Assembly (NCBI GenBank): GCA_964243175.1 | Contig: CAXTEW010000001.1 | Span: 1 to 35,744 of the forward strand | Direction of reading: 5' to 3' | DNA: 35,744 bases | Source: an uncultured Acidobacteriaceae bacterium | GTDB taxonomy: Bacteria > Acidobacteriota > Terriglobia > Terriglobales > Acidobacteriaceae | Shown here: piece by piece, positions 1 to 10,530 of the stretch | How positions within the stretch are numbered: the first letter of the stretch is position 1 | Layout: each line of letters opens with the position of its first letter | Position numbers and translations under genes: made by a program | Notes under the pieces: model-generated | The model's input: the letters and a program-made list of their open reading frames with translations, nothing else | Told to the model about the DNA's origin: nothing | The model's database searches: none

Positions 1-406
1 TTTCGCCGGCGGCACGGCGCTGGATGGAGGCAAACTTCTCGCCCCACTCCACCAACACGCCCGAGTCTTCCTCGAGCAGTTCGTCGATGCCCAGCTGCTC
101 GACCTGGCGCTCGGTTTCAAGCCGGTACAGGTCCAGGTGGTAGAGCGACACGGGCTTGCCCGCGCGCTCGCCTTCGTACTCATGCACCAGGGTAAAGGTA
201 GGGCTCGTCACCTCGTCAGGGTCAGCGGCGCCCAGCGCCTCGGCGATACCCTTCACCAGCGTCGTCTTGCCAGCGCCCAGCGTGCCGGTGAGGATGAGCA
301 GGATCGGCGGCGCGAGGATTTCCAGCAGCTGGGCTCCGATGGTGATCGTCTCAGACGCACTTCCCGTACGAAACTCCAGCTTGCGCGCAGCCAATCCCTC
401 TGTCAT
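1..406 (-). CDS. tsaE: tRNA threonylcarbamoyladenosine biosynthesis ATPase TsaE (3' end runs off window)
   Basis: Manual translation from ATG at 406 (ATGA overlap with nnr stop): MTEGLAARKLEF...LILTGTLGAGKTTLVKGIA...VTSPTFTLVHEY...YHLDLYRL...VEWGE; Walker A plus SPTF, HLDLYRL and EW motifs of TsaE/YjeE. Confidence 0.95.
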   Translation of the reverse strand, partial: MTEGLAARKLEFRTGSASETITIGAQLLEILAPPILLILTGTLGAGKTTLVKGIAEALGAADPDEVTSPTFTLVHEYEGERAGKPVSLYHLDLYRLETERQVEQLGIDELLEEDSGVLVEWGEKFASIQRRAAGE

Positions 407-2043
407 ATCGGCAAACCCTCCCACCAAACATACCCGTCTTTCGACCCGGTACGGAAACGAAATGCCTTCCACAAGTTTGACAGCACATCCGTCACCAGCA
501 GAGTATGCTCGTCCTGCTCGCGCACCGCGATATCGGCGGCCAGGCCGTGCAGGTACACCGCGGCCTCGACGGCCAGGTCGAGCTGCTGTGGGTACTGCGC
601 GATGATCGCCGCGATCAGCCCGGTCAACATATCGCCCGAGCCGCCCTTGGCGAGCCCTGGGTTTCCTGTTGTGTTGACCCCGACCATGCCGTCCGGATGA
701 GCGATCAGGGTGCGCCAGCCTTTCAGGACCAGGGTGACGTTGTACTCGGCGGCGAAACTGCGGGCGAGGCCGATGCGGTCTCGCTGAACTTCGGCAATAG
801 AAATCCCGGCGAGCCGAGCCATTTCGCCCGGGTGCGGCGTCAACACGATACGCTGCCCGTCCCGCTGGGGACGGTTGCGGAAGCGCGGCATGTCTTTCGC
901 CAGCAGGTTAAGGGCGTCTGCATCGAGAACCAGTGGCACCGTGACGCGCTCCAGCAGTGCGTGGACCAGTGCCGCGGCGTTGTCGCTTTCGCCGAGTCCC
1001 GGCCCCGCAGCCACCACTGTCTTCCTCACCAGCAGCGCGCCCAAGCCGTCCTGCGCCTTGTCACCCGCGGCCGCGCCGCTGAAGAAGACCGGGTCCAGAT
1101 CCCCCTGTGCTGTCTCCGGCAGGGCTGTGGTCATCAGTTCCGGGGCAACCAGGGCCACGTTGTTCAGAATGGAAGCAGGCACGGCTGCCGTGACCAGGCC
1201 GGCACCAGCCCGGAGCGCGGCGAGCGATGCCATCGAAGGCGCGCCTGCCTTGCCGGGGCCGCCGGCGAAGAGCACAACATGCCCATGCCGGCCCTTGTTG
1301 TCGTCAGCCTGCCGAGGCTTTTCGGTGATTTTCTTCGCGGCGCCGGCCCAGCGCAGCTTCTGTGTAGACACGATGGCGTCATCCGGCGAGCCGATGCTGG
1401 CGATGACGATTGGCGCAGCCGCCGATCCGGTCAGGTTGCCAAAGGCGTGTGCCAGCTTCGGCGACGTGAAGGTGATGACCGCGTCTGCGCGGACAGCCTC
1501 TGCCCCCTCGGCCGGCTCGTACGCAAGCGAGTCAGCATCCCAGCCGGACGGGAGATCGACCGCGACAACTGGCGTCGGCATAGGCTGGATCAGGTCTCGC
1601 ACCTGGGCGGCAAGCCCGGTTAGCGGCGGTTTGAACCCGGTGCCGACCATCGCGTCGAGGAGGAGATCGGCCTCGGCGAAGAGCTTTGCGAGCGAGGCCT
1701 CGTGCAGCTGCGCCTCCGAGTTGAGTGCGGTACATGGCACGGCAGGTTGCGACCGGCGAAACATTGCTGCCGGATCCCCCTTCAGGTCCTCCGGGCGGCC
1801 CAGCAGCAGAATGTGCGGCTTACGCCCGGCATCGGCCAGTGCCGAAGCAGCCATCAGGCCATCGCCGCCATTGTTGCCCTTTCCACAGAGCACCACGATC
1901 TGCCGTGCCTCCGGATACTGGGACAGCACGAAGCGGGCTACTGCCTCGCCAGCGTGGGTCATCAACTTCGCGGAATCAATGCCGTAGTTCTCGATCGTGA
2001 CCCGATCGGTTTCGCGCATCTCGGCAGCAGTCAGTATCTTCAT
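403..2043 (-). CDS. nnr: Bifunctional NAD(P)H-hydrate epimerase/dehydratase (YjeF/Nnr)
   Basis: CGKGNNGGDG, GTG and AVDLPSG in the N-terminal half; NKGRHG, LDADAL, LTPHPGEMARL and GGSGDMLTG in the C-terminal half; start MKILTAAEM has a purine-rich RBS; adjacent to tsaE. Confidence 0.95.
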   Translation of the reverse strand: MKILTAAEMRETDRVTIENYGIDSAKLMTHAGEAVARFVLSQYPEARQIVVLCGKGNNGGDGLMAASALADAGRKPHILLLGRPEDLKGDPAAMFRRSQPAVPCTALNSEAQLHEASLAKLFAEADLLLDAMVGTGFKPPLTGLAAQVRDLIQPMPTPVVAVDLPSGWDADSLAYEPAEGAEAVRADAVITFTSPKLAHAFGNLTGSAAAPIVIASIGSPDDAIVSTQKLRWAGAAKKITEKPRQADDNKGRHGHVVLFAGGPGKAGAPSMASLAALRAGAGLVTAAVPASILNNVALVAPELMTTALPETAQGDLDPVFFSGAAAGDKAQDGLGALLVRKTVVAAGPGLGESDNAAALVHALLERVTVPLVLDADALNLLAKDMPRFRNRPQRDGQRIVLTPHPGEMARLAGISIAEVQRDRIGLARSFAAEYNVTLVLKGWRTLIAHPDGMVGVNTTGNPGLAKGGSGDMLTGLIAAIIAQYPQQLDLAVEAAVYLHGLAADIAVREQDEHTLLVTDVLSNLWKAFRFRTGSKDGYVWWEGLPI

Positions 2044-2060
2044 CGGCTTCCCCTGGAGAC

Positions 2061-2091
2061 AGAAACGCGGCTCCCGCCTGGCGGGAGCCGC
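2061..2091 (-). terminator. Intrinsic terminator-like hairpin downstream of the transpeptidase-domain gene
   Basis: Perfect 11-bp stem GCGGCTCCCGC (2067-2077)/GCGGGAGCCGC (2081-2091) followed on the minus strand by GTTTCT. Confidence 0.6.
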
Positions 2092-2154
2092 TGTTCCTGA
2101 TAGCACAAGCCAGCAACTCGATGCCGGCCAGCGCGTCTCGCAGTAGGATGCCGT

Positions 2155-3402
2155 CTAGCGCGAAGCATTCCCCGGCATGGGCAGCCCACTTGCTTCGCGG
2201 GAAGCGAAGTAGCTGTGATCCCACATGTTCTTGTAGAAGAGCCCGGTCAGCTCCGCCGCCTTGGGACCAAAGGTGGCCCGTCCACCTTCAAGGAAGATCA
2301 CGGTAACAATGCGGCCATACTGCTGCGTATCGGCGAAGCTGGCGAACCAGCCAAACCGCGTGCCGTCATTCGAGCAGGTGCCGGTCTTGCCCATGACCGG
2401 AAACTGGTTGAACGAGGCGCGTAGCGAGCGTGCCGTTCCGTAGCCGACCGCACCCGCCATACCCGGCTCAATCTCCGGGATCAGGTTCTTGATGTTCAGC
2501 GTCCGCTTGATGCGCGGCTGGTAGCCCGCGATCGCCTGTTGCGTGGTCGGGTGCTGCAGGTAATAGAGCGTACCGCCGTTCGCGATCGCGGAGACCAGCG
2601 CGCCCAGCTGTAGCGGGGTCATCGAGACACCCTCGCCGAAGGAGCACATGCGTCCCACGCCGCCCTTGCTGTCTGGCAGCGGCTGCGAAGGGTACACACC
2701 CAGCTGCTCATTGGGGATGTCGTACCCGGCCAGCTCGCCGAGGCCAAACTCGTTGGCGTAGTGGCGAACCCGCTCGAAACCAAGACGGCGGCCCAGTACT
2801 TCGAAGTACGGGTTCACCGAGCGGGCCAGTGCCTCGGTTAAATCGAGCGAGTAGTGGCCGCCCAGGTTGACCGGCGTGTCCTTGGTGATAATGCCCTCAG
2901 ACAAGGCTGCAAGGGCCACGGAAACTTTGATGGTCGAGCAGGGCTCAGCGCCGCTGGATAGCGCAAGCTTTTGGTTGACCATGGCCAGGATGCGGCCATT
3001 GTCGGGGTTGATCGCGACCACTGTGCCGTACATGTTGCCCAGGGCATCGATCGCTGCCTGGCGAACGACTGGGTCTTCCCCTGTCGTCACGTCGCCCTGA
3101 CCCACATCAGTGTTGGTGAAGGAATCAGCGGTGAACACCTCGCCATAATGGTGGCGGACCGAAACCCGCCGAAAGCGGCCATTGCGGCCGCGAACCAGGC
3201 GGGTGGAACTGGCTACCGATACCACGCGCCCGCCAACCGCGCGCCGGCTATGCTGCAGCGACGCCAGATGGCGCCGGGCACGCGGACTCTCCTGCACGTG
3301 GGCTGTTCGGACGCGGTGGTGCCTGGTGCTGGCTGTCGCATAGCTATGCAGCGGCGCCAGCAGGATGGCAAGAACAACGAGCAGCGGCAGAAATCGTTTC
3401 AT
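2155..3402 (-). CDS. Secreted penicillin-binding transpeptidase-domain protein
   Basis: Signal peptide MKRFLPLLVVLAILLAPLHSYA, basic His/Arg-rich linker, then transpeptidase motifs SxxK (CSTIK), SxN (RSVN) and KTG (GKTGT); also GRILAM and MTPLQL. Confidence 0.88.
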   Translation of the reverse strand: MKRFLPLLVVLAILLAPLHSYATASTRHHRVRTAHVQESPRARRHLASLQHSRRAVGGRVVSVASSTRLVRGRNGRFRRVSVRHHYGEVFTADSFTNTDVGQGDVTTGEDPVVRQAAIDALGNMYGTVVAINPDNGRILAMVNQKLALSSGAEPCSTIKVSVALAALSEGIITKDTPVNLGGHYSLDLTEALARSVNPYFEVLGRRLGFERVRHYANEFGLGELAGYDIPNEQLGVYPSQPLPDSKGGVGRMCSFGEGVSMTPLQLGALVSAIANGGTLYYLQHPTTQQAIAGYQPRIKRTLNIKNLIPEIEPGMAGAVGYGTARSLRASFNQFPVMGKTGTCSNDGTRFGWFASFADTQQYGRIVTVIFLEGGRATFGPKAAELTGLFYKNMWDHSYFASREASGLPMPGNASR

Positions 3403-3608
3403 CAAAAGTAGCTCTCAAGTCTGCGTCGGAGAGGGAGCTCCGGGCGGAAAGCGCTGGTATGGCCGGAGCGAAACAAACCCAGCCAGCGTGAATCGTGAGT
3501 CTGTATGAAGTTCGGCTTTGGCTAGTCCGAATGATGAGTAGAAGCTGTGGAAGAGCTTTGAATTCACTGTAGCAAAGCTTTGTTCCCGCGGCAGAAAAAC
3601 GTGCTGCG

Positions 3609-4988
3609 CTAGTTACCTCCGCGTCGCAGATAGGCCGGGATCTCCAGATCATCTTCCCGGGAACGCTCAGCCTCAAAGCTTGAAGGCGCTCCCGCGCCCC
3701 AATCCGGCACAGCCTGCGGCGCGGCGGCACGAGCCGGCTCCCACCGAGACTCTGGAGCCGCGGGTGCAGCCTGCGGTGTGTCTGTAAAGAAAGGAGCTTC
3801 TTCCCGGGCGAGGAATATCTCCTGCCTGGTGAATGAGGGGCCGTCGTGCTTCCCGGCGCTGACTCCCGGGGACGACGGCGCAAGGCTCGCCGGCTGCGCC
3901 TCGTCCTCCATCTCGCTGGCGAAACGAGGCTTGCTGGCCGGGCTGCCTGGGCTCGCCACGGGCTTGGCGGCCGCTACCGGAGTCTTCAGCGCAGCCTGGT
4001 CCTTCTGGGGTGGTCCACTCTGGCGGAACCCGGTCGCGATCACCGTGATCTTTACGTCGTCGCCCATCGTTTCATCCAGAACGGCCCCGAAGATGATGTT
4101 GGCATCTTCATGCGCGGCGCTCTGGATCAGGGTCGAAGCCGCATTGACCTCGCTCAGCTTGAGCGACGACGAACCAGAAATATTAATCAGGATACCGCGG
4201 GCGCCATCGATCGCCCCATCCTCAAGCAGCGGCGAAGCCATGGCTGCCTGGGCAGCGGCGATCGCGCGATTCTCACCAGCCTGCATGTCCGTACCCCTCC
4301 CCGCGTAGCCCATGCCATCCACGGTCGTCTTCACATCCGCGAAGTCTCGGTTGATGATCCCCGGGATCGTGATGATGTCTGAAATCCCCTGCACGCCCTG
4401 CCGCAACACATCGTCGGCCACGCGAAAGCTCTCGAAGAAGCCGGCATCCTGCGCCACGGCCAGCAACTTCTCGTTCGGAATTACGATCATCGTGTCGACC
4501 GAATCCAGTAGCTCCTGCATGCCGCGCTCTGCCTGCGCCATACGCCGTTTCCCTTCAAAACCGAATGGCCGGGTCACGACCGCGACAGTGAGCGCGCCCA
4601 TTTCGCTCGCTAGCGACGCGATGACCGGCGCTGCCCCGGTTCCTGTGCCACCGCCCATCCCAGCGGTGACAAAGACCATATCGGCGCCTTCCAGTGCTTC
4701 GATAATCTTTTCCGAGTCCTCCAGTGCCGCGCGGCGTCCCACATCGGGATTCGCCCCGGCGCCAAGGCCGCTGGTCAGCTTGACTCCCAGTTGCAGCTTG
4801 ACTGGCGCGGAGGAAAGCTGCAGCGCCTGCACATCGGTGTTCGCGACGATGAACTCGACGCCTTCCATCTTTGCCGCGATCATGCGGTTCACCGCGTTGC
4901 CGCCGCCGCCGCCTACACCGATCACCTTGATCTTTGCCCCCTTCGGGACTTCATCGTGATACTGGATCCGCATCTCTTCCTCGCGCAC
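3609..4988 (-). CDS. ftsZ: Cell division GTPase FtsZ
   Basis: [17 protein letters not shown], tubulin signature [17 protein letters not shown] loop and C-terminal [10 protein letters not shown] peptide. GTG start at 4988 chosen from an AGGGGA RBS; ATG at 4973 is an alternative. Confidence 0.98.
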   Translation of the reverse strand: MREEEMRIQYHDEVPKGAKIKVIGVGGGGGNAVNRMIAAKMEGVEFIVANTDVQALQLSSAPVKLQLGVKLTSGLGAGANPDVGRRAALEDSEKIIEALEGADMVFVTAGMGGGTGTGAAPVIASLASEMGALTVAVVTRPFGFEGKRRMAQAERGMQELLDSVDTMIVIPNEKLLAVAQDAGFFESFRVADDVLRQGVQGISDIITIPGIINRDFADVKTTVDGMGYAGRGTDMQAGENRAIAAAQAAMASPLLEDGAIDGARGILINISGSSSLKLSEVNAASTLIQSAAHEDANIIFGAVLDETMGDDVKITVIATGFRQSGPPQKDQAALKTPVAAAKPVASPGSPASKPRFASEMEDEAQPASLAPSSPGVSAGKHDGPSFTRQEIFLAREEAPFFTDTPQAAPAAPESRWEPARAAAPQAVPDWGAGAPSSFEAERSREDDLEIPAYLRRGGN

Positions 4989-5176
4989 TCGTATTCCCCT
5001 TTGCTGGCCGCCCTGCGACGGTCCTGCCTGCCTTGTTTCTATCCCGTGTTGCAACCCGGGACATAGCCACTCTCTGCCTGCTCCCGCGCCCTGGATCCTG
5101 CCTCAAAACCTGAAAACTTCCTCACGAGCCTCGGTGCCTGAAACTCAGAGACTTACCAACCCGAATACCTGCACTC

Positions 5177-6397
5177 CTAAATACTTCCCGCAAACATGGA
5201 CCGCAGCTTGGCTCGCAGCGTTCCTTCCTGCTGGGCGCGCATCGCCTGGGTCCTGTGGGCGTACAGCATCAGCCCTACCAGCACCGCGAACTCCGGGTCC
5301 TGCAGCTCGCCTGGCATCCTCGACAGCGGCACCGGTGTGCCGATCCGCGCCGGCACCCGCAGGATGCTCTCGGCGGTGTCGAGCAATCCGGCAAGCCGTG
5401 ACCCGCCGCCCACCAGCACACAACCCGAGCCCAGTGCTTCGAGTACGGCACCGGTACGGAGGGCTTCGCGGATCAGGCCAAACAGCTCCCGGGCCCGCGG
5501 TTCCAGGATCTCCGCCAGGGCGCGCTGCCGGATGCTGCCACGCGTCTGCCCTCCCCCTTCGACCTCCCACTCGATTTCACTCGCCTGCGAGATCGCTGTC
5601 ACCACCGCATGACCGTAGCGGCACTTCAGGTACTCTGCCTCGGCGATGCTCAGGTGGTGAGCCACGGCAAGATCATTGGTGAAGTGGTCGCCACCTACCG
5701 GGACCACGGTTGTGTACACAACGGCCCCTTCGAAATACACAATCAGTTCAGTGGAGCTGGCGCCGATATCAATCAGGCAGCTGCCGAGCTCGCGCTCATC
5801 GGGCGACAGCGAACTCTCCGCCGCTGCCAGCGCTTCGTACACCGTCTCGGTTACCTGCAGTCCGGCCTTGTTACAGCAGGTAACCAGGCTCTGGTGGGCG
5901 CTGGTCGAGCAGGTGGCAAGGTGGAGCGAAACTTCCAGCTGGTGACCGACCATGCCGACCGGATCGTGGATGCCAGGTACCTCGTCGAGCAGGAAGTGGC
6001 GCGGCAGCAGGTGCAGCACCTCGCGATCACTGGGGAGTGAGATGGCGCGGGCCCGATCCGCGGCCGCCCTGACGTCTTCCTGGGTAATCTCCCGCAGCTT
6101 GGAGCCGAGCGCGATACCGCCCTGCGAGTTGACGCCGCGCACATGGGCGCCACCGATCCCGGCCACGCATTGCTCAATCACTGCCTGCGCTGAGGCTTCC
6201 GCCATCACCGATGCCTGGTTGATCGCCTCGGTCGCCGGCTTGAGGTCAGCGATGATGCCGCGGCGCATGCCTGCGCTGTCCGCGATGCCGTGCCCGCGGT
6301 AGCGTAATGAGCCTTCGTGCAGCTCGGCCACCAGCATCCGCGTCCTGGCGCTGCCGACGTCAAGTACCGCGAGCACCGCTTCCGGCCTGGGCGTCAT
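5177..6397 (-). CDS. ftsA: Cell division protein FtsA
   Basis: LDVGS, DIGASST, VGGDHFTNDL, VLVGGGSRL and a C-terminal amphipathic helix LRAKLRSMF; lies between ftsQ and ftsZ. Confidence 0.96.
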   Translation of the reverse strand: MTPRPEAVLAVLDVGSARTRMLVAELHEGSLRYRGHGIADSAGMRRGIIADLKPATEAINQASVMAEASAQAVIEQCVAGIGGAHVRGVNSQGGIALGSKLREITQEDVRAAADRARAISLPSDREVLHLLPRHFLLDEVPGIHDPVGMVGHQLEVSLHLATCSTSAHQSLVTCCNKAGLQVTETVYEALAAAESSLSPDERELGSCLIDIGASSTELIVYFEGAVVYTTVVPVGGDHFTNDLAVAHHLSIAEAEYLKCRYGHAVVTAISQASEIEWEVEGGGQTRGSIRQRALAEILEPRARELFGLIREALRTGAVLEALGSGCVLVGGGSRLAGLLDTAESILRVPARIGTPVPLSRMPGELQDPEFAVLVGLMLYAHRTQAMRAQQEGTLRAKLRSMFAGSI

Positions 6398-7686
6398 CGC
6401 GCTCTCCCCTGGTTAAAGTAATGGGGCACCCAGCGGATGACGCCGTGTGGCCCGCGGCTTTCGCTGTACCAGACGCGCGCTGTATTTGCCGGGCGATGCG
6501 CAGGCTTCGCAGCCGGGTGCCCACCAGCAGCCGGGTGCAACGTATGGGCGGCTGTTGCCGGCTTCCCCGTGTGCCGGGCAGGGACGGGCGCTTCTTTCCG
6601 TGCGGCGGCCCCGGCCTGCTGCCTGGCCTCGGCGTCTTCATCTGCCTGGGCCGCGTCCGCCATCTTCAGCACAACTTGCCGGTCGTAGCGCAGGTCGACC
6701 GCGCTCAGGTTAGGGTACTGCTGCCGCCACTCGGCCAGGTGCTCCTGGTACGAGTGGTAGCGCTCGAGGTAGTCACTGTTGCCAAAATGCAGTAGCAGGT
6801 CGCTTCCCTGCGCTGGAACCACTGCGCGCACGTCATCCAGATCGGCGAGGTCGACTTCGCTGAGCTGGGGCGAGATCTTCGGGTCGCTGCCCGCATCGAG
6901 TGCCGCAACGAACCGCTGGTACAGCCGCATTCGTTCCGCCCGCGCCGGCGCGGGACTTGCCGGATCGATCCCGACCACTACCGGGAAGGAATAGTGCCTG
7001 GCGGCCAGGGTCCCGGGTGCCATGTTCAGCAGGACGCCATCTGCGTCGATCAGTCCAATCTGGTGCCCGATGCGTACAAAGGCGATCGGTACCCGTTCCA
7101 CAATCGTGACGCGCAGGGTATGGGGCAGCAGCCGCATGACCGTAGCGTGGCGCACCCATGGCTGCGCTTCCAGCGCGGCTTCGCGGCGTGCCAGCGGAAC
7201 GAAAAAGATGTTGCGCCCGATGTCTGAGCCGAACACGTTTACCAGCTCGGACCGGCTCAGCTCGGTGATGCCGGTCGCCTCGATTGAGGCCGAGGAATCG
7301 ATGCGAAAGTGGGGATCGTGCCGTAGAAAAGAGCGCACAGCCCAGGCGCCAGCGGCCAACGCAGCGAGCAGTACCAGAAGCAGGGCCACTATAAGGATGC
7401 GCCCGGTGCGGGTCTGCAGCAAGCCGCGCAGGCGGCCGCCCCGGCGTGGGGGCAGGCGGCGACGGCCGCGCATGAAGGCTTCTGCCTCCTGCTGCGATGC
7501 GTAATTGGGCACCAGCTCAGGGGCGTTGCCGGACGCAGCGGCCCGCGACTTCCGTCGGGGAAGAGCCGGCGCGGCGGGCCGCAGAAATGCGTCGTCCTCG
7601 TCGTCCAGCAGGTCCTGCACGGCTGAGGAAGCTGCCGGGCGGTCCGGGGAGCGCGCCGTCCATGAGTTGGTGTTCAGTTTTGCCAC
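6394..7686 (-). CDS. ftsQ: Cell division protein FtsQ/DivIB
   Basis: Single TM helix, POTRA-like segment (NIFFVPL...PWVRHATVMRLLPHTLRVTIVERVP) and C-terminal VDLRY motif; overlaps ftsA start. Start codon uncertain. Confidence 0.9.
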   Translation of the reverse strand: MAKLNTNSWTARSPDRPAASSAVQDLLDDEDDAFLRPAAPALPRRKSRAAASGNAPELVPNYASQQEAEAFMRGRRRLPPRRGGRLRGLLQTRTGRILIVALLLVLLAALAAGAWAVRSFLRHDPHFRIDSSASIEATGITELSRSELVNVFGSDIGRNIFFVPLARREAALEAQPWVRHATVMRLLPHTLRVTIVERVPIAFVRIGHQIGLIDADGVLLNMAPGTLAARHYSFPVVVGIDPASPAPARAERMRLYQRFVAALDAGSDPKISPQLSEVDLADLDDVRAVVPAQGSDLLLHFGNSDYLERYHSYQEHLAEWRQQYPNLSAVDLRYDRQVVLKMADAAQADEDAEARQQAGAAARKEAPVPARHTGKPATAAHTLHPAAGGHPAAKPAHRPANTARVWYSESRGPHGVIRWVPHYFNQGRAR

Positions 7687-7797
7687 GCCCGAGCCAGGTC
7701 GTGAGAATCGCCATCCTGACTATAGCCTGGGCGCGCGGCTTTGCTGCCATAGCCGCTATGCAATAAGTACCCGCGCGAGCCACCCTGGTAACGTCCT

Positions 7798-9294
<1,497 letters not shown>

Positions 9295-9576
9295 GGTGTT
9301 CCTGCAGACTACCGCATCGGGCCAGAGATGACGCCGCTGTTGCGCAGGGCGGAAGGGGGGTTTGGCCACGGGGTGCCCAGTACGCGCGCGTTGCCTCGCA
9401 GGGCTCTCTTGCACGGGAGCGGATTTGCGATCATGCTTCCGCCGAAAAGCGCGGCGCAACTTGCTCGGGGAAGCTGTGTTCTAACAGACAGTCCGGCCTT
9501 CCGCAGGAAGCGATGCCAGGACAACATCCGAAGCGAGAGGCGCACGTTCCCTTTCCGTCGGATGAGGAGGATTGAG

Positions 9577-10269
9577 ATGAAAAACATTCTACGTGCAGTT
9601 GGACTATCCGCCCTGATGGCAATCCCCCTCGCGCTGGCGCCTCGCGCTGCTGATGCCCAGGTAGCGGTCGGGATCGGCATCGGTCCTGATGTGGATTATC
9701 CCGGCTACGGCTACGAAGCGCTGGCCCCGGTCTGCACCTATGGCTACTACGGCTACGCTCCCTATGCCTGCGCGCCCTACGGCTACTACGGCGCGGACTG
9801 GTTCCTGGGCGGGCTGTTTATCGGCGCCGGTCCCTGGTTCCACGGCTACTATGGGCGCGGCTGGGGCTACGGCTTTGGGCGGATTGGTTACGGCTACGGT
9901 GGCTTCGGACGCGGGTTTGGTGGCTACGGGTATGGGCGCGGCGGGTACGGCTACGGCGGCTACGGACGCGGTGGGTACGGCGGCTATGGACGTGCAGGGT
10001 ATGGTGGCGGGGTTGGTGGCTACCGGGGTGGTGGATACGGTGGAGCCAGCGGCTTCCGCGGTGGTGGCACTGTGGGCGGCGGTGGGTTCCACGGCGGCGG
10101 CACGGTAGGCGGGGGTGGTTTCCACTCTGGCGGCGCGAGCGGGTTTGCTGGCGGCCATGCTGGGGGCTACGGTGGTGGTGGCTTCCATGGCGGCGGTGGT
10201 GGTGGCGGCTTCCATGGCGGTGGGGGCGGTGGCGGCTTCCACGGCGGGGGCGGCGGTGGGCATCGCTAA
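9577..10269 (+). CDS. Secreted Gly/Tyr-rich low-complexity protein (hypothetical, 230 aa)
   Basis: GAGGAGG RBS, signal peptide ending A-D-A, CTYGYYGYAPYAC domain, GYGRGG and GGGFHGG repeats, own terminator. Confidence 0.85.
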   Translation: MKNILRAVGLSALMAIPLALAPRAADAQVAVGIGIGPDVDYPGYGYEALAPVCTYGYYGYAPYACAPYGYYGADWFLGGLFIGAGPWFHGYYGRGWGYGFGRIGYGYGGFGRGFGGYGYGRGGYGYGGYGRGGYGGYGRAGYGGGVGGYRGGGYGGASGFRGGGTVGGGGFHGGGTVGGGGFHSGGASGFAGGHAGGYGGGGFHGGGGGGGFHGGGGGGGFHGGGGGGHR

Positions 10270-10317
10270 GTTTCGCGAAACGGCCTCACGGGTATCCTGT
10301 GAGGCTGGTGTACACAG

Positions 10318-10349
10318 CAAAGGGCGACGCGAACCAGCGTCGCCCTTTG
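10318..10349. terminator. Bidirectional terminator between the Gly-rich gene and murG
   Basis: 13-bp perfect stem CAAAGGGCGACGC/GCGTCGCCCTTTG with a 6-nt loop, between convergent genes. Confidence 0.7.
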
Positions 10350-10403
10350 TGATTTCCGGCAGGGCCTCGTTGCAGTCCCCGCATGGATCCCGTCCCAGAC
10401 CCG

Positions 10404-10513
10404 GTCACTCCTGAACGGAGTGGGAGGACCTGCGATTGCGCTTGAGCTCACCCAAGCCAGGCCTCCTCACCCAAGCCAAGGGGTCATCCTGGCGTAGCTG
10501 AAGGATCTGCTTT
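10404..10513 (+). repeat. Two degenerate copies of REP-like family A (GTCATCCTGAGCGWAGCCGAAGGAYCTGC)
   Basis: GTCACTCCTGAACGGAGTGGGAGGACCTGC (10404-10433) and GTCATCCTG-GCGTAGCTGAAGGATCTGCTTT (10483-10513), with a CTCACCCAAGCCA direct repeat between them. Confidence 0.65.
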
Positions 10514-10530
10514 GGGCTTCCGCCACGGCC

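Noticed and set aside
9880-10260. GGN-rich tandem DNA repeat
   Set aside because: Third positions vary while the amino acids are kept, so it is a protein-level Gly repeat, not a satellite.
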